From NCBI GenBank assembly GCA_963705105.1, contig CAVPIW010000006.1:639332-671331 (forward strand): DNA of 32,000 nt. The letters run 5' to 3'. The notes beneath the pieces are model-generated. The model ran no database searches and was not told the origin of the DNA. It worked only from the letters and a program-made list of their open reading frames with translations. Of this stretch, positions 7,652 to 14,662 are shown piece after piece. The DNA is from an uncultured Nitrospiraceae bacterium (lineage in GTDB: Bacteria > Nitrospirota > Thermodesulfovibrionia > Thermodesulfovibrionales > Dissulfurispiraceae). Each line of letters starts with the position of its first letter. Position 1 is the first letter of the stretch. Position numbers and translations under genes: made by a program.

Positions 7652-8473
7652 CTACTTCCCCAGGCTCCGGTCATAGAGTTCCCGTGCGCTCAGATCGTAT
7701 GCTTCAGCGACGATCCTCGACGCCTCCTTCCTGCCCTTCCCTCTTTTCATGAGTTCGCCGACCTCGCGGAGCGCCTCGTCGACACTCGGCGTTTCCCGGC
7801 CCCGGCCTTCCACGATGATCACGTATTCCCCCACCGTCTTTCTGCCCTTCACAAATTCAACGATTTCGGTCAGTGTGCCCCGCATCGCCTCTTCGTGGAT
7901 TTTCGTGATTTCCCTGATCAGGGCGGCTTTGCGCGGACCGAAGATGGCCGCCATGTCGTCAAGCGTTTCCGTGACACGGTGGGGCGCCTCGTAGAAGACG
8001 AGGGTCCTGTCCTCGATGGCGAGCGACTTCAGCACCTTCTGTCTCTGCGCCTGTCTGGCCGGCAGGAAACCGGCGAAGGTGAACGTGTCCGTCGGGAGGC
8101 CCGCGATGGACAGGGCGGCGATTGCAGCCGAGGGGCCGGGAATGGAGACAACGGGCACTCCCTCTTCGACAGCCCTCTTTATAAGCACGGAGCCGGGATC
8201 GGAAATGCCCGGCGTCCCCGCATCCGATATGAGGGCGACGGACAACCCCTCCTTCAACCTCATGATGATCGACTCGGACCTGGTCTTCTCTTTTTCGGAC
8301 CAGTAGCTGATGAGCGGTTTCGCGATGCCGTAGTGCTGCAGGAGCTTCCGGGAATGGCGCGTGTCCTCGGCGGCGATGAGATCCACCTCGCCCAGGATTC
8401 TGACAGCCCTCAGGGTGATGTCCTCGAGATTGCCGATGGGAGTGGCGACGACGTAGAGGGTACCGACGCTCAT
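7652..8473 (-). CDS. rsmI: 16S rRNA (cytidine1402-2'-O)-methyltransferase
   Basis: N-terminal 'LYVVATPIGNLEDITLRAVRIL...LIAAEDTRHSRKLL' and 'ISDAGTPGISDPG' are hallmark RsmI (tetrapyrrole-methylase fold) motifs. Confidence 0.9.
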   Translation of the reverse strand: MSVGTLYVVATPIGNLEDITLRAVRILGEVDLIAAEDTRHSRKLLQHYGIAKPLISYWSEKEKTRSESIIMRLKEGLSVALISDAGTPGISDPGSVLIKRAVEEGVPVVSIPGPSAAIAALSIAGLPTDTFTFAGFLPARQAQRQKVLKSLAIEDRTLVFYEAPHRVTETLDDMAAIFGPRKAALIREITKIHEEAMRGTLTEIVEFVKGRKTVGEYVIIVEGRGRETPSVDEALREVGELMKRGKGRKEASRIVAEAYDLSARELYDRSLGK

Positions 8474-8537
8474 CGGCGCCCTCTGTCGTTGCTCACATGA
8501 TGACCCGCCATTTTGACCCGCCGCAGGAGCGGCGAAC

Positions 8538-9014
8538 TTACGACTTCTTCATGAAGCTGTCACGGAACGCCGCAAGCCAGCGGATGTGGCTCTTTTCCTC
8601 GTTGATGATCTCGTCGATGATCTCCTTTTCCTTCACGGCCTCACGGATGCCGTAATAATAGAGGAGCGATTCCTTCTCGAAGCCGATGGCGAATCTTATC
8701 ACCTCTCCGATGTCCGTCGTCGTCTCCATCGATGTCAGGGCCTTGTTGCTGCCGATGAAGAACTTCGACTCCACCATCGCCCTCATGTATTGCGACACCT
8801 CTTCCCAGCCGTCGGGCTCAGTGTCGCCGACGAGATCCCTGAGATCGGCGAAGGTCTTTTCGTGAACGACCTCCTTGTGGGCCAGATCGGTAAAGAAGGC
8901 GCTCAAACGCTCGTTGTCTTTGAATCTCTGCGCCATGGCGGAATAGAACTGGTGACCCAGTCTCTCCGTCTGGACGGCCTGCTCGATCACCTCTCTAATG
9001 GAATATTTCTCCAT
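8538..9014 (-). CDS. Ferritin-like / rubrerythrin-family diiron protein (no rubredoxin domain)
   Basis: Start taken at MEKYS (ATG 9014), which is preceded by GGAGG. Two E...ExxH pairs (QTERLG...KEVVHE and GFEKES...EEKSHI) fit a four-helix-bundle diiron site. Confidence 0.72.
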   Translation of the reverse strand: MEKYSIREVIEQAVQTERLGHQFYSAMAQRFKDNERLSAFFTDLAHKEVVHEKTFADLRDLVGDTEPDGWEEVSQYMRAMVESKFFIGSNKALTSMETTTDIGEVIRFAIGFEKESLLYYYGIREAVKEKEIIDEIINEEKSHIRWLAAFRDSFMKKS

Positions 9015-9060
9015 CCTTACCTCCGATATAGACATAGTCATTCAGACAGTAGTCAGTACC

Positions 9061-9262
9061 CTATCGTTGCATACGCCCTCAGGAAATGCGGGGCGAATGA
9101 GCCGAAAGCCTCGGTGCTGCGAAACCTTTGCCTTCCCGTAAAGGCCGTGTCAGACCGACGTCATGAAGAAAAGAGAACCTGTTGCTGACACTCATATACA
9201 CTGTCACTGACACTATATTTTCAGAGCGCTTTGCCTCGCATTTTTGCGCAACTGCAAAATCA
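9061..9262. repeat. Intergenic mosaic palindromic element, copy E1
   Basis: The left arm 'ATCGTTGCATACGCCCTCAGGAAATGCGGGGCGAA...' recurs at 11563-11605 (reverse) and 14371-14432. The right part, 9113-9254, is the reverse complement of 13326-13461. Confidence 0.8.
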
Positions 9263-9293
9263 GTCATTAAGTCATTGAGTCAGCAGTTGGTAC

Positions 9294-9584
9294 TCATCTG
9301 CATGTTACTCCACCTGCAGCAGTTTTCTCAAGCGCTCTGTCCGCCTGATAGACATCGTCGACGCTGTCGCCGGTGATGTCCCATGTATATTCCCCCTTGG
9401 CGTTCCGGTGCAGTTTCACCCTGACGGGCTTTTTCGGCTTCACCTGCTGGACCTGGGGGTTCTTGCCGACCTGGAATGCCTGCTGGCCCTGCGGTTTTTC
9501 AGCGGTCTGCGCGAAGACGGGCGATCCCCCAACCAGGAGACCGATTATTGTTGCCGCAACGACGATGCGTCGTATGGAAACCAT
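9294..9584 (-). CDS. Small secreted Gln/Lys-rich protein, probably co-transcribed with nadE
   Basis: Start chosen at MVSIRR (ATG 9584) with AAGGAG upstream, 10 nt after the nadE stop. Signal peptide ends ...SPVFA-QT. I recognise no family. Confidence 0.5.
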   Translation of the reverse strand: MVSIRRIVVAATIIGLLVGGSPVFAQTAEKPQGQQAFQVGKNPQVQQVKPKKPVRVKLHRNAKGEYTWDITGDSVDDVYQADRALEKTAAGGVTCR

Positions 9585-9594
9585 GTGCCGCTCC

Positions 9595-11346
9595 TTATCC
9601 CTCATACCTGTTCGTTATCGGGAACCTCCGGTCCTTGCCGAAGGCCCTCGGCGTTATCTTGACGCCGGGGGGCGACTGGCGTCTCTTGTACTCGCTCGTA
9701 TCGACCATCCTCAGGACACGCCGGACTGCCTGTTCCCCGCACCCCGGGACGGCACGGATTATCTCGTCATGACTCATGTCCTTCTCGATGTAATCGCGGA
9801 GGATCGGGTCGAGCACGTCGTAGGGAGGAAGGGTGTCCGTGTCACGCTGGTCAGGCTTGAGCTCCGCCGTCGGCGCCTTGACGAGCACCCGCTCCGGGAT
9901 GATGGCCCTCCCGGCGTCGTCGTTCCTCCACCGGCAGAGGTCATACACGAGGGTCTTGGGAACATCCTTGATGACGGCGAACCCGCCCGCCATATCCCCG
10001 TACAGCGTGGCATACCCCACGCTCATCTCCGACTTGTTTCCCGTCGTCAGCACGAGCCAGCCGAACTTGTTCGAGAAGGCCATCAGGATGTTCCCCCTGA
10101 TCCTCGCCTGGATGTTCTCCTCCGTCGTGTCGACGGGGAGGCCCGAAAACCAGGGACCGAGGGTGGCCAGGAACTGTTTGAATATGTCGTCAATGGGCAC
10201 TTCGATGACACGTATGCCGAGGGCCCCGGCAAGGTCCCTCACGTCCTGCCCGCTCTCGTCGGACGTATAGGGCGAAGGCATGAAGATCCCCGTGACGTGT
10301 TCATGCCCGACGGCATCGACGGCGACGGCGGCGACGATGGACGAATCGATGCCGCCGCTCAGGCCGATGCAGACCCCCGTGAACCTGTTCTTCCGGACAT
10401 AGTCTCCTGTTCCGAGCACGAGGGCGCGGTAGACTTCTTCCGGCCCTCCCGGCAACTGTTCCATCTTCACGGGGACGCGCCGGGGACAGGGAGGACGGCT
10501 TAACGCTCCCTGCGCGAAGGGACCGGGCAGGGGCACGCGCTCCGTCAGGCATCCCTGCTGCGACAGCACCTGTTTCCTCCTCCTCGGGTCATGGAGCCTT
10601 TTCATCAGGACGGCATCAAGATCGATATCGACGACTATGAGGTCCTCTTCGAATGCCTTGCCTTCGGCGATGATCTCTCCGCCCTGGTCGATGACGAAGC
10701 TGTGGCCGTCGAAGACGAGCTCGTCCTGGCCGCCGACGGTGTTCAGATACGCAACGGCAACGGAATTCTCCGAGGCGCGCGTCGAGAGCATCTTTCTGCG
10801 GAAGTCGGACTTGGCAATGTGGAAAGGAGAGGCGTTGATGTTGATGATGAGTTCCGCTCCTGCCAGGGCCTGGACCACCGTCGGGCCGTCGGGGTACCAG
10901 ATGTCCTCGCAGATGTTGACACCGAAGAGGACGCCGTTCATGTCGTAAACGGGGTACCTCGTGCCCGTCTGGAAATAGCGGAATTCGTCGAAGACGCCGT
11001 AGTTCGGCAGGTGTACCTTGTGATAGACATCGACAATCTTTCCGGACCGGATGACCGCCGCGGCGTTGAAGATGTCGTCTTTCCTGTCTACAAACCCGAC
11101 GACGACGGTGGCGTCGCCCACCATCTGCCGGACCTCGTCGAGGGCCTCCAGGTTGTCATCGATGAACTTCGGCCTCAGGAGCAGATCCTCGGGCGGGTAG
11201 CCCGTGATCGCAAGTTCCGGGAAGGCGATGATGTCAGGGCACAGCGGGGAGGCGTCGCCGATGAAGCGCCGTATCAGCTCCGTGTTTCCCCGGAGATCAC
11301 CGACGGTCGGGTTGATCTGGCAGAGGGCGATGCGAACCGTTCTCAT
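9595..11346 (-). CDS. nadE: Glutamine-dependent NAD+ synthetase
   Basis: N-terminal nitrilase/CN-hydrolase domain (IALCQINPTVGD..., FPELAITGYPPEDL, NICEDIW). C-terminal NAD synthetase domain with the P-loop GLSGGIDSS. Confidence 0.92.
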   Translation of the reverse strand: MRTVRIALCQINPTVGDLRGNTELIRRFIGDASPLCPDIIAFPELAITGYPPEDLLLRPKFIDDNLEALDEVRQMVGDATVVVGFVDRKDDIFNAAAVIRSGKIVDVYHKVHLPNYGVFDEFRYFQTGTRYPVYDMNGVLFGVNICEDIWYPDGPTVVQALAGAELIININASPFHIAKSDFRRKMLSTRASENSVAVAYLNTVGGQDELVFDGHSFVIDQGGEIIAEGKAFEEDLIVVDIDLDAVLMKRLHDPRRRKQVLSQQGCLTERVPLPGPFAQGALSRPPCPRRVPVKMEQLPGGPEEVYRALVLGTGDYVRKNRFTGVCIGLSGGIDSSIVAAVAVDAVGHEHVTGIFMPSPYTSDESGQDVRDLAGALGIRVIEVPIDDIFKQFLATLGPWFSGLPVDTTEENIQARIRGNILMAFSNKFGWLVLTTGNKSEMSVGYATLYGDMAGGFAVIKDVPKTLVYDLCRWRNDDAGRAIIPERVLVKAPTAELKPDQRDTDTLPPYDVLDPILRDYIEKDMSHDEIIRAVPGCGEQAVRRVLRMVDTSEYKRRQSPPGVKITPRAFGKDRRFPITNRYEG

Positions 11347-11390
11347 GCATCAATTGTAGCGCTCACCGGTGAAAATGTAAACATTCTATT

Positions 11391-11605
11391 TGTATAAAAA
11401 GGCGGGGCGAGGCGCCTCAAAGCCTCACTGGTAGCTGCGCGGTCTCCGGGACGGCAAATATGGTTCAAAGCCTTCCCGTCGGTGCGTTTATCGTCCCGTT
11501 TCTCTCTTTGCCTGCCGTCTATTGTCTATTGCATTCTGTCTACTGTCTACTGTTTCATGGCGCCTTTGCCCCGCATTTCCTGAGGGCGTATGCCACGATA
11601 AAGCG
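11391..11605. repeat. Intergenic mosaic palindromic element, copy E2, with an internal heptamer tandem array
   Basis: Left arm is AAAAGGCGGGGCGAGGCGCCTCAAAGCC. Right arm 11563-11605 is the reverse complement of the E1 left arm (25-nt exact core CATACGCCCTCAGGAAATGCGGGGC). Six tandem 7-mers (GTCTATT x2, GCATTCT, GTCTACT x2, GTTTCAT) lie at 11517-11558. Confidence 0.8.
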
Positions 11606-11617
11606 AACGTTGCCGTT

Positions 11618-11659
11618 GTTCTCTGTGATCTCTGTGACCTCTGTGGCTGAATGGCCTTT
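11618..11659. repeat. 42-nt module, identical copy A (9-mer tandem TCTCTGTGA-like)
   Basis: GTTCTCTGTGATCTCTGTGACCTCTGTGGCTGAATGGCCTTT is identical to 14591-14632. It lies 10 nt beyond the kinase stop codon on the minus strand. Confidence 0.9.
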
Positions 11660-11668
11660 GTTGCCTGT

Positions 11669-13012
11669 TTATTTCGGCAGGATAAAGTAGAAGTTGTTCC
11701 CGTACTGCGTCGGTTCGTACCCCACGACACCGCAGTGGAGCTCGATGACGTTCTTGATGAAGGCCAGCCCGTGACCGGTGCCGGGACGTTTCTCGGCATT
11801 CGATCCCCTGAAATCCTCATCGAAAATCCTGCCCCTCTCCACGGGCGGAATGTGAGGTCCGGTGCTGAAGACGTTGTACTTGACACCGTCCCTGCCCTCT
11901 CCGAAATAATCCCTGATGATCTCCCGCCCGTAGGCTATATATTTCTTCCTCTCTCCCCAGTAGGTCTCGACTTCCTCGGTATACTTCACGGCGTTCGAAA
12001 AGAGGTTCGCGTAAACCTGGGCGAGCAGTCCCACATCGACGACGCTGATCGTCTCCTCCTCGGGGATGCCGCTCGTCTGGTCGTCGACGGCAATCCCCCT
12101 GTCCTGGAGCTGGTCGCTGTAGCGGTCGAGCTGCGGCCGCACCACGTCCCGCGTTATGAAACAGGGTTTCGTCCTGAGGATCAGGCGTCCCTGGTCGAAA
12201 TGGCTCCTCCTCAGGAGGGTCTCGAGAAAGAGACTCATGTTCTCGTAATGCTTTTCCAGATTCTCCAGTTCCTCCCTGAGCCCGCGGTTCACGTCGGCCA
12301 GCTCCGCAAGGACGCGGTCCTTGCATCCCCTGTCGCAGGGCTCCTCGTCCAGGTGAAGCAGGACGTCCTCTATCTCCCTGTTCTTGAGGATCTTCGCCTT
12401 GATGCGGCGCAGGTAGAGTTTATAGACGATGTTCGGCACGATGATGTTGTGCTCGATATCGGCGACGAGGTTGCGGATGAACCGCAGGTGCTCTGCATTC
12501 TTCTCGGCCATATACCGGTTGTGAATGTTGAATCCGATGCGGTTCGCAAACTTTTCGAAGAACAGCTTCTGCTGGTCATCCGGCTCCGCGATGGGGAAGA
12601 CCTCAAGGAACCCGAGGACCTTGTCCGTCGTTTTAAAGGGAAGCTGATTGATGAGCACGTCTTTCCCCCTGATCATCAGGACGAGACTCTTCAGATCGGT
12701 GTAATAGGGCGCGTCACGGGGAACGATATCAGCCGGCGGCGTTGTGTGAAGGGCCGACTCGTCCTCTTCAGTCGTCGCAACGAGTCTGAGTTCCGCCTTC
12801 TTCAATTCTATAAGATAGAGCCTGCATTCAAGCTTGAAAAAGCTTTTCGGGATGGCGACGCAGAGGTTGTAGAAGTCATCGACCTTGTCGATTTCCTGGG
12901 CCAGGTCGAAAAACGTCTTGAGGGCGTCGTTCTCGCGCTGCGAGAAGTTGTACCTCCAATAATCCCCCTTTTTCTGCTCGATTCTTTCCAGAATGTTTTC
13001 CCGGATCGCCAT
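11669..13012 (-). CDS. GAF-domain sensor histidine kinase (orphan, atypical H-box region)
   Basis: HATPase_c motifs: N-box LLAQVYANLFSNAVKYT and G2 box RPGTGHGLAFIKNVIELH. N-terminal GAF-like region (...LGFLEVFP...KFANRIGFNIHNR). The putative phospho-His lies in 'LVADIEHNII'. No response regulator is adjacent. Confidence 0.78.
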   Translation of the reverse strand: MAIRENILERIEQKKGDYWRYNFSQRENDALKTFFDLAQEIDKVDDFYNLCVAIPKSFFKLECRLYLIELKKAELRLVATTEEDESALHTTPPADIVPRDAPYYTDLKSLVLMIRGKDVLINQLPFKTTDKVLGFLEVFPIAEPDDQQKLFFEKFANRIGFNIHNRYMAEKNAEHLRFIRNLVADIEHNIIVPNIVYKLYLRRIKAKILKNREIEDVLLHLDEEPCDRGCKDRVLAELADVNRGLREELENLEKHYENMSLFLETLLRRSHFDQGRLILRTKPCFITRDVVRPQLDRYSDQLQDRGIAVDDQTSGIPEEETISVVDVGLLAQVYANLFSNAVKYTEEVETYWGERKKYIAYGREIIRDYFGEGRDGVKYNVFSTGPHIPPVERGRIFDEDFRGSNAEKRPGTGHGLAFIKNVIELHCGVVGYEPTQYGNNFYFILPK

Positions 13013-13325
13013 GGCGTTATCCCCTGCGAGGAATTGATTGATCGGCGCATCGCACCATGCCCATCAATCCTCACGATTCAAATTACGGATTGAGACAATG
13101 ATCACATCAGAATGTTGCCCGATATTATATCAGATTCTTCGGCCCGCGGGGTTTTCATAAGAGCTCATTGGTGTCCAAAATAGCCTGAAACCAGGACAGG
13201 AATCGATTTCTTCACAATAAACAAGGGCGCTCTATTTTCCGGCCCTATCCCCTGCATGTCTGAAACATTTCAGAAATATTTCCTCCCTTGCACGCTGGCT
13301 GCGATTTCCATACAATTATTATTAC

Positions 13326-13461
13326 GGTTGCATGAAAAGGCGGGGCAAAGCGCTCTGAAAATATAGTGTCAGTGACAGTGTGAGTGTCAGCAAAAGGTTC
13401 TCTTTTCTTCAGACGTCGGCCTATAATGGTCTCTATGGGACGGCAAAGGTGTCGCAGCACC
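13326..13461. repeat. Intergenic mosaic element, copy E3 (inverted partner of 9113-9254)
   Basis: GGTTGCATGAAAAGGCGGGGCAAAGCGCTCTGAAAATATAGTGTCAGTGACAGTGTGAGTGTCAGCAAAAGGTTCTCTTTTCTTCAGACGTCGG...GGCAAAGGTGTCGCAGCACC aligns with the reverse complement of 9113-9254. Differences are a few substitutions and a 4-nt indel. Confidence 0.85.
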
Positions 13462-13501
13462 ACAATACCATGACAATCAGGTACCGAAAGGGGGCAAGCG
13501 C

Positions 13502-14263
13502 ATGTGCCTCGTACTTCTCGCATGGCATGCACATCGTGATTATCCGCTGATCGTCGCAGCGAACCGCGACGAGTTCTTCGATCGCCCCACCGGGCAGGCG
13601 GCCTTCTGGGAGGATAACCCTGGAGTGCTCGGGGGCAGAGACCTGGCCCGGGGCGGCACATGGCTCGGCATCACCCGCTCAGGCCGGTTCGCAGCACTCA
13701 CGAACTATCGCGAACCGTCTCTGAAACTCCGCGATGCGCTGTCGCGGGGCGCAGTGGTCGCCCGCTTCCTGACGGACGAAGAGAGCCCTGCCCGGTTTCG
13801 GGACTTCCTTGATACCGAGGGACACAAGTACAACGGGTTCAACATCCTGTTCAGCGACGGCCGCACAATGGGCTACTACTCGAACGTCGACGGCGGAGGA
13901 CGGGTGTTGGCACCCGGCATATACGGGCTGTCCAATCACCTGCTCGACACGCCCTGGCCGAAGGTCGTCCGCGCGAAGAATGCCGTCTCCTCCGCAATTG
14001 ACGCACTGCCGGATGTTGAGCCGCTCTTCACGCTGCTGCGGGATGACCGCATCGCCCATGATGAGGAGCTGCCCGATACCGGCGTGAGCCTCGACTGGGA
14101 GAGGCTGCTCTCCGCGGCATTCGTCCGCTCGCCTTCCTACGGGACGCGGTCGAGCACGGTTTTGTTCGTCACCGCAGGTGGCCTGACGCGATTCGTCGAA
14201 AGGACCTTCCTGCACGACGGGGCGCCGGGCGGAGACGCCGCATTCACCTTCTATACAGTGTGA
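13502..14263 (+). CDS. NRDE-family (TANGO2/DUF833-like) protein
   Basis: Begins MCLVLLAW...PLIVAANRDEF, i.e. N-terminal Cys2 plus the eponymous NRDE motif. AAAGGGGG SD upstream. Confidence 0.85.
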   Translation: MCLVLLAWHAHRDYPLIVAANRDEFFDRPTGQAAFWEDNPGVLGGRDLARGGTWLGITRSGRFAALTNYREPSLKLRDALSRGAVVARFLTDEESPARFRDFLDTEGHKYNGFNILFSDGRTMGYYSNVDGGGRVLAPGIYGLSNHLLDTPWPKVVRAKNAVSSAIDALPDVEPLFTLLRDDRIAHDEELPDTGVSLDWERLLSAAFVRSPSYGTRSSTVLFVTAGGLTRFVERTFLHDGAPGGDAAFTFYTV

Positions 14264-14662
14264 GTGTGAGTGTCAGTGTCAGTGAATGTGCACGTTCTTA
14301 TCATGGATATGGCCACCCTCCCCCCCAGGGGAAGAGGGGTTGGGAGATAGGCACGGCGATTATTAACCTTATCGTTGCAATACACTCCCGGGAAAGGCGG
14401 GGTGTATGCGCCGAAAACCTTGCTGCGGCGACTCCTGTATCAAAACGAAAGATGAACTATACGCCAATGGTCGATGACACAAAGAGTGGAATCCTGAAAC
14501 ACGAAGATGACAATGCGTATCGTCGCCTTCAGCAAGGCTTTGAGGCGCTTCGCCCCGCCTTTCTATTCAACGACAGGGTTTATTTCCCCCGTTCTCTGTG
14601 ATCTCTGTGACCTCTGTGGCTGAATGGCCTTTCTCTGCGCTCTTTGCGGCTTTGCGTGAGAC
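14264..14662. repeat. Intergenic mosaic repeat block E4 between convergent genes
   Basis: Hexamer run (GTGTGA)2(GTGTCA)2 at about 14257-14290, overlapping the NRDE stop. Inverted arms at 14371-14432 and 14522-14575 around an 89-nt loop. 42-nt module at 14591-14632. GCGCTCTTTGCGGCTTTGCGTGAGAC at 14637-14662, abutting the vWA gene stop. Confidence 0.85.

Noticed and set aside
14260-14601. 113-aa ORF (MSVSVSVSECARS...) in the NRDE / vWA intergenic region.
   Set aside because: It is composed almost entirely of the intergenic repeat modules (hexamer array, inverted arms). It has no SD, and similar modules elsewhere are in other frames and orientations.
9061-14662. CRISPR array interpretation of the repeated intergenic sequences.
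   Set aside because: The repeats are not regularly spaced units separated by unique spacers. They occur in both orientations, are interrupted by genes, and include 6-9-nt tandem arrays. No cas genes are present.
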